From: a virus
Reading direction: 5' to 3' (one strand)
Length of the DNA stretch: 64,000 nt
Virus record (IMG/VR): IMGVR_UViG_3300022921_001386
Position 1 is the stretch's first letter, and each line of letters starts with the position of its first letter. The translations under genes and the position numbers were made by a program. The notes under the pieces are model-generated. The model did not search any database, had not been told where the DNA came from, and saw only the letters and a program-made list of their open reading frames with translations. Below, in pieces: positions 48,514 to 60,600 of the stretch.

Positions 48514-50049
48514 TTACACTTTTAAAACGCACTCAACCAACTTTTCCGAAGGATCGTCGCTTGATTCTAATGCAATACCAACTAATGCTCTAGTAGCAGT
48601 TTGAGAAGCAACTCCGTCTTCCCATGCATACAATGCCATTCCTTTTTGAACTACACCTATGCACCTTACTGGTACACGACCTTTTAATGCAATAGCTTGG
48701 CCATCGATTTCTGAGTTCATTAAGTAAGCTGGATTTTCACTAATGACACCAATTGCAAGATCACTAGACTTTGCAGGTCTAGTTTCTGCACTAATATCAC
48801 GTGTTTCTACAAACTTAGCACTAGATACTGCCATTACTGTTCCAACCGGATGTGTTTCTTCTGTGGTATATTTTTCTGCAAGATCGGCATAACGAGCTTT
48901 AGTTGCGGTGCCATTAAATATTGTTGCAGTTAGATTTCCACTGCTATCTCTTGCAGCAATAGTATTTGCGCCAGCAGTGGTTGATGCACTACGTGCCGTG
49001 CCTCCTACATCAAGTGCATTTGAAACTGTTGCAGTACCATTAAATGTAGTAGCATAAACTGTATTAAACTTTTCAGTTGCACTACCGATATTATATATGT
49101 TTGTTGTTTCAGGAAAAATTCCTTTATCAACTGCTGCGTTTCTTATTGAAACAATCCCTGTAGCAGATCCGGCAGCTGGTGCAGTTAGTGCAAACAACAT
49201 TTTATTACTTGCATTATTTTGATTTACAAATCTCGGAACTGTACCATCGCTTACATCTATTTTTAGATCATTACTAGCGCCAACTGTAAATCCAACATCG
49301 CCTAATGTTAATGCATCTGTTGTTTTTAAATAATCACTAGCTAAGAATCCACCTAAACGTAATGCATCATTTGCTGATCCCCAAATAATTGGTTCGTTAG
49401 TAGCACCTGTAACAGGTTGATCCAAACTATTTTTTGTAATACCTGTAGCACTATTAACTAATGTAATACCTTTTTTGATTAAACTAAATCCTGTTAACGA
49501 TGGAACACCGGCTGCTTGTACACCGTTTAATGTAAACTCTTCTCCAGAGATTACATACAAACTAACATCATTTATTAGAGCAACAATAATAGTTTTTTCA
49601 ACCGCTGGAACAGAGTTATCATTAACACTAACACTAAGCATCTGTGTTGTTCCGCTTCCTGCACTCTGAGGACCTACTAGGATAAACTCGCCTGCGGCTG
49701 TTTTACCATATAGCTGATTACTTGTACTGCTCCACCACAAATCGCCTTCGTCCAGTCCTGCTGGTTCAGAACTTGATACTTCGGTACCGCCTGCTGTTTT
49801 CCATGCACTACCAGTATAAAACTTTAGTTTAGTAGTTCCTGCATCATACCATACTTGTCCATCAATAGCTTTAGCAGGTGCAGTAGTTCCTCTAAAGTTT
49901 TCTAATAAATGAACTATGTTTTCGTTTTGTGCTTCGCCAAAACCACTATAGTTTTTACCAATAAGTTTTAGATCAGTTGTTTGATCTATTGTGCCGTCTT
50001 CAACGACTGTTATCTGTGTACCGTTATATCTATTTACAATATAGGCCAT
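48514..50049 (-). CDS. Tail fibre with C-terminal intramolecular-chaperone-like (peptidase G2/S74-like) domain
   Basis: Shared N-terminus LIGKNY.G.G...NEN...LLENF...GQ.WYD; C-terminal YADLAEKY...GVISENP...ALKGRVPV. Confidence 0.7.
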   Translation of the reverse strand: MAYIVNRYNGTQITVVEDGTIDQTTDLKLIGKNYSGFGEAQNENIVHLLENFRGTTAPAKAIDGQVWYDAGTTKLKFYTGSAWKTAGGTEVSSSEPAGLDEGDLWWSSTSNQLYGKTAAGEFILVGPQSAGSGTTQMLSVSVNDNSVPAVEKTIIVALINDVSLYVISGEEFTLNGVQAAGVPSLTGFSLIKKGITLVNSATGITKNSLDQPVTGATNEPIIWGSANDALRLGGFLASDYLKTTDALTLGDVGFTVGASNDLKIDVSDGTVPRFVNQNNASNKMLFALTAPAAGSATGIVSIRNAAVDKGIFPETTNIYNIGSATEKFNTVYATTFNGTATVSNALDVGGTARSASTTAGANTIAARDSSGNLTATIFNGTATKARYADLAEKYTTEETHPVGTVMAVSSAKFVETRDISAETRPAKSSDLAIGVISENPAYLMNSEIDGQAIALKGRVPVRCIGVVQKGMALYAWEDGVASQTATRALVGIALESSDDPSEKLVECVLKV

Positions 50050-50079
50050 TGTTGCTCCTCGTGCTTAGTGCTCTTATGT

Positions 50080-50087
50080 TATTTATC
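50080..50087 (-). promoter_or_regulatory. Late-promoter-like GATAAATA
   Basis: Intergenic, upstream of GAGGAG RBS. Confidence 0.65.
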
Positions 50088-50088
50088 G

Positions 50089-52011
50089 TTAAAGTGCCGA
50101 TGCTGCTATTGTACTTCCATTAACGTCCCATATGCCGCCGTTTGCTTGCATAGTTATTATCAATCTATTTGCTGTTAGATTAACTGTTGCTGTAGGAGCA
50201 TTGATTGTAAAGTCACCTATAACATTAACGTTTTGTGTACCAGCACTATCAACTGCTGTTAAAGATTTTACAACACCACTATTAACATCAATAGGATCTG
50301 ATGAAGCTGTATAATAGTATGCATGTATTTTTGCAGTTTTTCCTTGAGTGTCAAACGGTGCTGCGGGTATTGGAGATATTTCTGTTAATAGTACAGCAAT
50401 ATTAGTAAGCAATCCGTCATCTGCAAAAGTGTCACCATATGTTCCTGTTGCATAGGTACTACCTAATCCAGTAACATCTACTCCCATAACTATTGTTGAT
50501 GATGCTAGTTCGTCATCAACATATCTTTTAACTACTACATCTTGATCAGCACCTTCTGTTAATAATGCATTGTCGGCTTTACGGCGTGGACTTACCGGAG
50601 TTTCTACATTTGTTATTTTTACTTTGTTTATTAAGTTTATACTACCAGTTGATGCAAACTCTAAGTTACTAGTTGTTGTAATGCGATCTTCAGTGAAGGT
50701 CATTGTATCACTTTGTAGGTTGTTTCCTACTACTAATGTATTAAGCTGACCTATTCCTGTTAGACTACTGTTCACAACCGTTGATCCTAACGTATCTAAA
50801 GACAATACATTTGTATTATCAATAGCATAGTTGTTTAACTCGTTGTCAATATTAATACTATGACTACTTGTCCAACTGTTAGTTGCATTTAACCAAGTCC
50901 AGCGTTTGTCGTCTCCCTGTACTCTTATAACAATGCCGCCGTCATCTGCTTCGCTGTCAGTTGCTAATGTACTATCGTCTTTTATTGCAAGTTCAATTTG
51001 ATGGTCTTCAACTCTAAGAGTAGCAATATCTAAACTTACCGAGTTTCCTTCGATTAATAAATCGCCAGTAACACGCAAGTCTCCTGTAACATCTAACGTA
51101 TATGCAGGATTTGTTTTAAATATACCAATCTTTTTAGTATCGGCGTCAAAATACATAGCAGTGTATGTGCCCGAAACATCTTTAAGATCTACTCGCATGT
51201 CAGCATCTTGAATATTATTCTGCCAGACAGTAGTTTGTCCACTTACTTTTATTGTAAGATCTGTATCAAGTCCAATACTTAATCCGTTATCGTTGGCTAT
51301 TGCCAATCTACCTGTTGTAACATCGTCAACAACAGCACTTATAAAACTGTTTTGATCAAATACATTTCCAAGCTCGTCTACAATTTGACCAGCACTAGAG
51401 GCTTTCCCATAAAATTCAAAATCAACAAACGCTGAGTTTATGTTTACACCTTGTTTTAAAGTAGTAAATCCTGTGATAGCCGGAAACGGGGTAAAGGTTA
51501 TATTTTCTTTTGAAACGATTGCATATAAACTGCCATTTAGATACTTTTTAATAATCACTCTATTTTGACTTGTAGTATCTCTAATAGTTGCAATCTCATC
51601 GCCTGATTTAAGTTGGTTTTTTGTATATGCCGGTCCTACTAAAACAGTATTAGTACCGTTCCAAAATAATAGCTGATCCTTTGATGCATCAATCCATATG
51701 TCTCCAGGTATTAGTTCTGATGGCTGAGAACTGGCATATATTGTGCTATCGGTACTTCTAAATGTTGTACCATCATATATTTTTAATCTGCCTGTAGCAG
51801 TATCATACCAAAGTTGTCCTTTGAGTGGTTTTACCGGTGCTGTACTATTACTAAAGTTTTCCAGCATCTTAATAAAGTTTTCATTTATACTTTCGCCAAA
51901 TCCTTGATAGTTTTTTCCTATTAGTGCAATATCTGCACTGGATATATCTAACCTACCATCAACTAGTTCTACTAGTAACGATCCGTCTGTTTTGTTTAGT
52001 TTATAGGCCAT
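50089..52011 (-). CDS. Tail fibre/baseplate-associated protein
   Basis: Same ~200-aa N-terminus as neighbours; KIGIFKTNPAYTLDVTGD fibre motif; KRYVD. Confidence 0.7.
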   Translation of the reverse strand: MAYKLNKTDGSLLVELVDGRLDISSADIALIGKNYQGFGESINENFIKMLENFSNSTAPVKPLKGQLWYDTATGRLKIYDGTTFRSTDSTIYASSQPSELIPGDIWIDASKDQLLFWNGTNTVLVGPAYTKNQLKSGDEIATIRDTTSQNRVIIKKYLNGSLYAIVSKENITFTPFPAITGFTTLKQGVNINSAFVDFEFYGKASSAGQIVDELGNVFDQNSFISAVVDDVTTGRLAIANDNGLSIGLDTDLTIKVSGQTTVWQNNIQDADMRVDLKDVSGTYTAMYFDADTKKIGIFKTNPAYTLDVTGDLRVTGDLLIEGNSVSLDIATLRVEDHQIELAIKDDSTLATDSEADDGGIVIRVQGDDKRWTWLNATNSWTSSHSINIDNELNNYAIDNTNVLSLDTLGSTVVNSSLTGIGQLNTLVVGNNLQSDTMTFTEDRITTTSNLEFASTGSINLINKVKITNVETPVSPRRKADNALLTEGADQDVVVKRYVDDELASSTIVMGVDVTGLGSTYATGTYGDTFADDGLLTNIAVLLTEISPIPAAPFDTQGKTAKIHAYYYTASSDPIDVNSGVVKSLTAVDSAGTQNVNVIGDFTINAPTATVNLTANRLIITMQANGGIWDVNGSTIAASAL

Positions 52012-53994
52012 TTATGATACTCCGTGATAGATAATAAAGTTAAGTGCAAGGAACGGATTTGTTATATTTAATGCATCGTTTGCTAAATCTACTACACCTC
52101 CTGATGTTCGCAGACGTGTTCCAGTTCCCGATATGTCTCCGTCTCCTGGTACAACTTCTGATGCACTTGCTGTAGCTGTTGTAGTAGCATAGAATTGCTC
52201 TCCTGTACTACTTTTTAAGTCGTGCTCGTGTTCGGGTAAGTTAGATGCTGTTATAGTAACATCTTCACTACCTGCTACACCACCCATAACACCTACAGTT
52301 GATGATGTAATTCTATTTGCCGATACTACTTGTCCTAGCCCTGCAGGCGTTCTTCCTCGCATATCTGGTATTTTAAACAATGTATTAGGATCACTCGGTG
52401 TTCCATGATACCATGTTGTTGGATCTGCTGAAAGATATCCCAATACTGTTGCCAAAGCACCGTATGTTGTTAATGATTTTTCTGTTCCGTCTAATATAAA
52501 CCATCCATCAGGTGCAATCAATCCACCGTACATGATTACTGTGCCAACTGGCATAGTATCGATAGAACCAATAATCTGTGCAGGCGTTGCTTTAACTAAC
52601 GTTCCGCCTTGATTTAATAATACTTCATCTGTTGTTCTATTGATGCTCGATGCTGCTGATCTACTAGAAATAGCAGCTGATTGTATAGTAGATGTAAATG
52701 TTTTAGTAGAGCCGCCTGTCTGGCCGTCAAATACAAAACTAGTTGCACTAACATCTCCTGCTAGTGAAAAAGTAGTTACACTGTTGAGTTTTGCTGTACT
52801 ACCAGCTGTACCGCTAACATTACCTGTTACATTACCTGTTAAGTTACCTGTTATACGATTAGCATGTAATGTATCGTAAGGTAATACTGATGAGCCTATA
52901 GAATAAACATTTGCAGTATCGGGCAATATGCTAGTAGTAGTAAGGCTTCCATCAACATCAAAGTTTCCAGTTACAGTTAGATTTCCTGTTATACTAGTAT
53001 TTCCTGTTAATGCTGTAGTACCAGTTACTGATAGGTTGCCGGTAAGTTTTTGATTTCCAACTACGTCTAAACTTTCTGTTGGAGACAGGTTGTTGATGCC
53101 TACATTAGTGTTTCCTTTAACTCTGATTGGTATTGCAAAGTTGCCGTTGTTGTTAACTCTTAAATCTATCGGAGCACCTGGAACAGCGTTTTCAACAATG
53201 CTATTATTACCTTCAACTAACAAACTTAATGTTTTTGAAACACCAACTTCTAAGCCCTGATTGGTTTTTATTTGAAGTTTTTCTGTAAGTTGATTAACAA
53301 TGTTGTTGCGCATAAATGTTGAACTTGGTATTGTTGCTCCACTAATAAGTAAGTTTTCTGCGTTAGTTGCAGTGCCATTAAACTTTGCTGCTGACAATGT
53401 TTGATTAAAGTTTGTTCCAACTTTTATCGGTGTTACACTATTAAATCCAGCAAATGATGTTTTGGGCGAAAACTCAACTCTACTTGTAATACTAACTGGT
53501 ATATTTTCAATGTATACGACTACTACTGTTCTAGTTGTATCTGTAGTATCTACTAGCTCAACTGATTTAGCTCCAGTGGTGTTTCCATTGCTAAAATCAG
53601 GACCTACTAACAGCCACCCGCTGCCTGTATACAAATACAACTGACTAGTACTAGTATTAACCCAAAGATCGCCTTTGACACTGTTTGTACTATCAGGTTC
53701 TGAGGCATTCTTTTTTAAACCGCCGGCTGCAACCCAGTTTGTTCCGTCGTATATTTTTAACTGATCTATACTATCTGTAGTGTCATACCAGAGTTGTCCT
53801 TCAACTGGATTTAATGGTGGATTTGCATTTGCAAAGTTTTCTAATAACTTTAAAAAGTTTTCATTAATAGCAACACCATAATCTGATAATAGTCTACCTG
53901 GAAGTTTTAGACTAGTTTCTGTATTGATTGCGTTATCTTCAACAGTTATAATACCTTTATTAGATTGGTCAGTGAATGGAACTTCGTATGCCAT
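52012..53994 (-). CDS. Short tail fibre with phage tail-collar domain
   Basis: MPVGTVIMYGG..APDGW...FKIPDMRGR, LPEHEH, NPFLALNFII; shared N-terminus. Confidence 0.85.
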   Translation of the reverse strand: MAYEVPFTDQSNKGIITVEDNAINTETSLKLPGRLLSDYGVAINENFLKLLENFANANPPLNPVEGQLWYDTTDSIDQLKIYDGTNWVAAGGLKKNASEPDSTNSVKGDLWVNTSTSQLYLYTGSGWLLVGPDFSNGNTTGAKSVELVDTTDTTRTVVVVYIENIPVSITSRVEFSPKTSFAGFNSVTPIKVGTNFNQTLSAAKFNGTATNAENLLISGATIPSSTFMRNNIVNQLTEKLQIKTNQGLEVGVSKTLSLLVEGNNSIVENAVPGAPIDLRVNNNGNFAIPIRVKGNTNVGINNLSPTESLDVVGNQKLTGNLSVTGTTALTGNTSITGNLTVTGNFDVDGSLTTTSILPDTANVYSIGSSVLPYDTLHANRITGNLTGNVTGNVSGTAGSTAKLNSVTTFSLAGDVSATSFVFDGQTGGSTKTFTSTIQSAAISSRSAASSINRTTDEVLLNQGGTLVKATPAQIIGSIDTMPVGTVIMYGGLIAPDGWFILDGTEKSLTTYGALATVLGYLSADPTTWYHGTPSDPNTLFKIPDMRGRTPAGLGQVVSANRITSSTVGVMGGVAGSEDVTITASNLPEHEHDLKSSTGEQFYATTTATASASEVVPGDGDISGTGTRLRTSGGVVDLANDALNITNPFLALNFIIYHGVS

Positions 53995-54596
53995 TAAGTA
54001 TTACCTCCTGAAAGACTTTGTACTCTTACAGTATAATCAATCTGTATTAATCTGTTGAGTGATTTTTGTACCGGATGGAAAATCACGTGAGTAAGAAGTC
54101 TTCCTGTTCCGCTTGCTGAATAACCTACTAAACCAAGTTCATCAAATACAAACTGTTGTTCTGTATCAGCCGCAGTATCAAATGCATCCTGTCCTTCTGG
54201 TTCGCCGTAGTCTAACAAACAACTTACAACAATATCAGTATAGTTTGTACCAGTAACGTGACGTGTTTCTATTTTGTTTCGTTGTGGATCAACATTGTTT
54301 ACACTGCGATCGTCTACCACTTTTGCATATGTTTGATTGTACAAACTAGCATTTGTACCAGTACTGTTTGGCGTTAAGTATGTAATAATACCTGTTGGGT
54401 CAACACTAGTGCCACCGTTGCCAAATGCCATTTGATATATATAACCTGAACCGGCATTGCCGAGGCTTTCTGCAAGGCTAATACTCATATTTTCATAATG
54501 AATAGCATTGCGCTTGTTAACAAATACATGCCCACTTTCTGGATTGTGTATTTTTATGTGTCCTTCGAGGTGTACACCGCTTTGTTCGTTAATCAT
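53994..54596 (-). CDS. Putative baseplate/tail structural protein
   Basis: GHIKI...NAIH, MAFGNGG, FDELGL, FHPVQKSLNR.I.IDYT pattern; context. Confidence 0.6.
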   Translation of the reverse strand: MINEQSGVHLEGHIKIHNPESGHVFVNKRNAIHYENMSISLAESLGNAGSGYIYQMAFGNGGTSVDPTGIITYLTPNSTGTNASLYNQTYAKVVDDRSVNNVDPQRNKIETRHVTGTNYTDIVVSCLLDYGEPEGQDAFDTAADTEQQFVFDELGLVGYSASGTGRLLTHVIFHPVQKSLNRLIQIDYTVRVQSLSGGNT

Positions 54597-54619
54597 GTTT
54601 CCATTCCGTTCCTATAATG

Positions 54620-54627
54620 TATTTATC
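54620..54627 (-). promoter_or_regulatory. Late-promoter-like GATAAATA
   Basis: Overlaps the stop of the giant ORF, upstream of 54596. Confidence 0.6.
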
Positions 54628-57600
54628 GGGGTAGCGATATTGTTTTGTCTGTTATAAATTTAGCTATTTGATTTGTACTATTTGCTAGGGATTTTCCTGT
54701 ATCGTTCCATATTTTTCCTGTTCTGCGAACAACTTCAATGAATATTCCATCTGCAGGAGCATCAATATAATCTGCAAGTGTTAACACTGTGATTGTACTA
54801 CCGTCGCCTGTTATTATATTTTCAATAGTATACTCTGGATCTATTGTTACATCTGCTTCAGGCGAATCTTGATCTACTGTTTTGTCAAATGTTACAATAT
54901 TATCTTTGCGCAACCTAGTGCCGGCTAAAAATACATCAATCTCATTTACACTAGTTGGAATAAAATCAAGTATAAACTCTTTGGTACTAGAATCACCAAT
55001 AAACATAGTTTTAGCTGTTTCGTCTTTATAAGGAATATTTTCTTCTATACCTTGTCCTTGTACCTTTGTTGCAACTGGATATTGCTCTTTTATACCTGTT
55101 CCTAGCGTTCCTCTTCTTAGTTGTCTAAGTAGATTGCCGTCAACACTAAAGTATTCGATACGTTCTTTGTCAATCCAAACAACTCCCGGAGTGCCAAGTG
55201 CTTTATTTGGTTCTTGTATTCCTGTGCTGTCAACCAACTGAATAGATAAATCATAATAGTTTAATGGTTGTTGCAACTTATACTCGTTATCTTTGTTTAA
55301 ACGCTTGAAGTGGAATCTGTTTAACATATCTTTAAAGATACGATATCCAAACTTAGGATCGCTTGTTAATGCGGTAAACTGCAATACTTCAACTTTGTCA
55401 TTTGATGTAACTTTGTTGTAAAGTTGAACGCCAGATCCACTTGCATCAAGTGAGTAATCGTTTTGTGGAGAAAGTAATATTCCGTTTTTAAATACCCAAA
55501 CATAGTTTGCACTTAATGCAGGTTTTTCAAGTTTGATAAATCCTCTACTCAGCAAGTTTTTATCAATATAAAACTGTGTTCCTGCTGGTGCTTGATTTGT
55601 ATTCCACACAATATCATACGAGGTTCTTTCAAATCCGTTTATATCATGGTTGCTGAATACATAGATATCAACTGTTTCCCAATCAGCAGGTGCTTCTGTT
55701 AGTGATAATACATCAGTTTCGATAAGTTTAATATCACCAATGATTGCCTTTGTGCTATCGTTTTCCCAACTTGCTACAATCTCTGGTGTATCATCAATAC
55801 TTTTTAGCTGGAATAGTTCTCTAATATATCCTTGAAGTTCTATTGTTAACGTCGAACCCGATCTGCTAAACTTTTCGACACAAGCAATAACTGTAGTACT
55901 ATCATCAGATAATTCAAAACTTATATCTTGTCCAACTGCTGGATCATTAACTTCTGAACCATTTTGTATTTGTACTGTTGTGTTTAAAAAGTAATATTCT
56001 GCATCTCTGATAATAAAGATTTCTAAAGTATCTCCAATCAATCCTACATTGTTGTTGAGAAGTTGTACTCTGCCATTTGTAGTGTCATAATAATAATCAA
56101 GTACATCGACAATAGAACCATTAATATATAATACAACGTCAGTGTTTCTAACTGCTGTTGTATCTTCAAACTGCCATCTATCAATGTCGTAAGCACGGTT
56201 GCTATCTATTGTATATTTTTTTCTATAACCTGCATTTAAGAATCTACCATCACCACGTTTTACTAAAATATTGTGCGATAAAGGTTTATCAATAACTGGT
56301 AGTGCAACATCATTTGTAAATCTATGAACTTTATTTGTACCATCGGTTACAAAAGTATTGTCGATTACCATTTGACTGTATTGATTTACGCTGCCGTCAT
56401 ATATTGTATATCCAATGATTTTTCCAGCAGTTACTTTGATAGGAAACTCTAGTTGGGCATTACCAGTATCTGATTCTGTAAGTCCGTAATCTGTTGTATC
56501 GTTTTGTAATACGCCATTTATTGTTACAAACGAACTCAATCCAGACTTCCATGTGATTGGCAGGTTGTATATAAACGTATCACCAGTAGAAACAATATTA
56601 TCACTATCGATTAAATCTACACCGTTGGTTCCTATTGTAAGTATTGAAAGATTTTTTCCTTCGTCTAATGCTGTACTATCGTTTAAACTTATGAACTTAT
56701 TTTCATAGTCGACATTTAAATCGTCATTATCAATAATGTCGCCGTCAACTTTTACAACCAATGTGGTGTTTGTTTGTGGGAAGTTGTCAAACTCCCACTC
56801 AATGGTTGTGCCATCTGTGATATAGTTTCTAACACTAATAATACCCTGGCCGTCTACACTTCTATTGTACACTTGAATATCAACTGCATCAAGTACCTGT
56901 CCTGGAACTTGTTCTTCTGGTCCGCCGCTGGTAGTTTCTGTAACAAAGCCGTCGCCGTCAACAACTATGTCGCCAGAGTCGATACCTTTAGCAGTTGTGT
57001 ATTCAAAGTTTCCACCTTGTAAACTTACATCGTATGCAGTTGATTCTGGAGTAAAGCTGCCGTCGCTTGTTGATTTTCTAATGATCACAACATCGCCGTC
57101 TTTGGTTTCAACGACATCGCTGTCTAAGAATACGGTATTTGTAATATTATCGCCTTGCGGTGACACCATTTTTGCATTTGGATTGGCTGTTACACTACTT
57201 CCATCGTAAAACGGGTCGTCTATTCTTACATTATTAAGATATACATTGTATGTTACACCTGATTCTAAAACACTGCTCAATGATATTATTTGAGTACTGC
57301 CATCTAATGTAATGATTTCATCTTCATAGTTAGTGTCAAACGTATCAAAATCAATACCATAAGCGTTTGCATCAAACCCAGTATTTTCGCCAAAGCCGAT
57401 ACTATCCATTTGAACGCCACCGTAGTCAACACCACTCATTAACTGACTTAGTTCTTTGCCTGGCATGTTTGTAGTAGGCTTGTAAAAGAAGTTTATTCTA
57501 TCTTCAGCAGTTAACAGGTTGGATGATTTTTTATAGTTTATAACAACAGCAGCATTATTTGCAGGTGCAGTAGTAAATGTTATTTTACCACGATATCTAT

Positions 57601-60600
57601 CAAATGTCTTGGTTGTATCAATAATATTTGATGCTACAAAATCACTTATTAGCTGTGGCTCCCCTGCTACAGTTATTGATATATCTGCACTATTTGTACT
57701 CAGTGGCCATTTTAAACTAAACTCAGTTAAACCGCCATTACCGACAAATGTTTCTGTTTCATTTAATGTGGTAAAATAGTATGCACCAGCAACTCTATCA
57801 AACTTCATCAACATATGCGTGGATCTGATTACACTGTTTCCTATCTGTGCATAAACAACTGCATCAACTCCGTCTTCTGTTAAACTTCCGTTTATTGTTA
57901 CGGTTGGAGTTGTAAAGTATTTTGCTCCAACTGTATCAACTTCAATGTACTGAATTGATCCACCACCTATATACGCAAGTCCTTCAAGTGTTGGACCACC
58001 TCCTCCGCTAACTGTTACATTTGCTGTGTCAGTATATCCACTGCCGCCATTGTAAACAACAAACTCTGTTATTTCAAATCCAACATTATCTAACCAATGT
58101 TTTTGTGGGTATGTAGTTGTGGTATCATTTGTTCCAACAAGACCATTGTTGAAGAACTTGATAGTTTCGCTGATAATCTGGCCACGTTCTGCATCGTAAC
58201 GAGGCGGCAAATCAAAATCAGTAACACTAGTTTGTGTTGGTTCTGTTCTATTATACGAACTGATATATTCTCTTATTTTAGTACTATATGGTTTTACTTC
58301 TTCAATATAGTCTTGATAGTTAGGAAGATTATCGTTTTGATAAGTTACTTTTTGTGTAAGCTCACCAACATTGTGTTTTGCAACTACAAAACTAGATTTA
58401 AAAATCCAGTCTAAATCAACCTGCTCACTCATTGCATATCTAATGCTACTAAAGAACAGTTTGTTCCACTCAACTTCTAGTTGATCAACAAACAAGTTAT
58501 CTCTTAGTGCATATAATATTATTTTTATTTCATCAGTTGGCTCACTGTCGTACAACGAAATGTCATAGATTATGTTATCAAATCCAACTGCATCATTTTG
58601 ATACAATGTATTGCTAAACTCTACTGTGCCATTTTGTCTGCCTACAACTTTATAGTTAATAGTATAATCTACTTCTAGTTGATTGTCAATCTTTTCTAAT
58701 AGCATCCAACCGCCGGAGCCGATATTTTCAATCTTAATAGTATTTCCTAGTTTATCGTCTAATCCGGCAAGTTCATAACTACCATTTATAACAAAATCAA
58801 TAGATGTAACTTCGCTGTATCCAGTTGCATACCAGTCAACATACTTCCAGTATCTATTAACATCATAGCTTTGAATGTAGTTTCTAAACCATTCTTGTGT
58901 GGATGATATCCAGTTGTACACCGCCCACAATCCGCCTACTTCTGTATCGGTTGTTACAAGAACACTAAACGGACGCACAATAAGTGTAGTATCACTTAAA
59001 TAGTTTTTGCCGCCATTTACAACTTCAACTTCAATAACTTGTCCAAGATTGTTGATGTAGGTTTTTATTTCTGCGTCAACACCCTTACCTTCTATAGTTA
59101 CAGTTGGACCATGTCGCTTGCCAGATGTATAGTTACTGTCAATATACCCTCTGCCTGGTTCTGTAATAGTTGCGCCTGTAATAGTTCCGTCAACAATAAT
59201 AGGTGTAAGAGTTGCTTGTTTAATTTTTGCAGTACCGACAAATCTCAACAAACTTTCTGTATCAATCTGTGTGTCCCACTCATTGCTAAACTTGCTTGGT
59301 GCAGTCTCAGTTTGGAACAGCGGAGAAATATCAAAATCATCTACGATTGTATATTGTGATAATACTCCGTTTACTCTTTCAATAACTTGTTTTAGTGCTT
59401 CGGCTCTATTAACAAATATAGTTTGATTTGGATTATTTAAAATGCCATAACGTTGAGCAACACTGATATTTAAATCAGGCAAAACTTTTCCGTTTTTATC
59501 ATACCCTGCTAAACTGTCAACCCACTTATCAACAATGTCATTATTTGGTTTGCTTGATGCTAACCCTTCGACAACCAATGCATATTCACTATGAATGTTT
59601 TTGTTTTCTGCATTATCTTGAACATAATAATCTACGTGCAAGATAGTATCTTTGTCTTTTACTAGATTTTTTACATTGTGTAAGGCAAACTTTTTACCAT
59701 CGAGTAATGTAATATGTCTGTAACCTTGACCTGAAGGATCTGCTATCAAGTTTGCAACATCAAACGAGCTGATCTTTCTGCCATATGTATCAGGCAATGT
59801 ATTTTTATTTTTAACCCAGAAATAATACTTTGGTACAAAAACACTTGCTACACTATCGTACACTCTTGCTCTCACATATGAATCATCACTGTATAAAGTT
59901 TTTCCACTTATACTGCTGGCTAATCCTTCAGTAGTGTCTGCTATTTCATCCCATTCACTTGGTAATAAATCACTTTCAACCCACTCGTACACATCTACAC
60001 TAAATCCAGGAATAATCTGATTCCATGTATTGGATTTATATTGTATACTTCCTTGATATGGATTGTACCATTTTATAGCATCAAGGTCCCACCATAGTTT
60101 TCCAACTTGCTGTTTACCCCAAAGATCTGCTACACCAGTGTCTCTAGTGCCAACATTATAAACCGCTGGATCATAATAAGTCTTATAACTAAGTTCTTGT
60201 TCTGCAGGGCCAGCAATCCTTCCTCTAATAGGGTCTATATAATCAAGGTATGTGATCAAATCATTTGTATTTGTATCATATAGCCACACACCTTTGATTT
60301 TATCAATATCAACATAGCTGTCGCCTTGGCTGTTGATATTCCAAGCGTTGGCATTTAAGTCTGTTCTATGATCTTGAATTAGTCCTGTTTTGTCATCAAC
60401 TGCTGTTCCTATCGAAATAACATACAAATGGTTTCTATTTAATACACTCAATATATCAGATGAATCTGATATATCTACTTGTGAGTAAAGTTTTTCAGCA
60501 TATACCAACTTGTTGTTTAATGTTTCATAAACATAAACTTGTCCGTTATCTTTGATTGTATCATAAATGCTTGTTGCTTTATTATCAAAATCTGTAAGTT

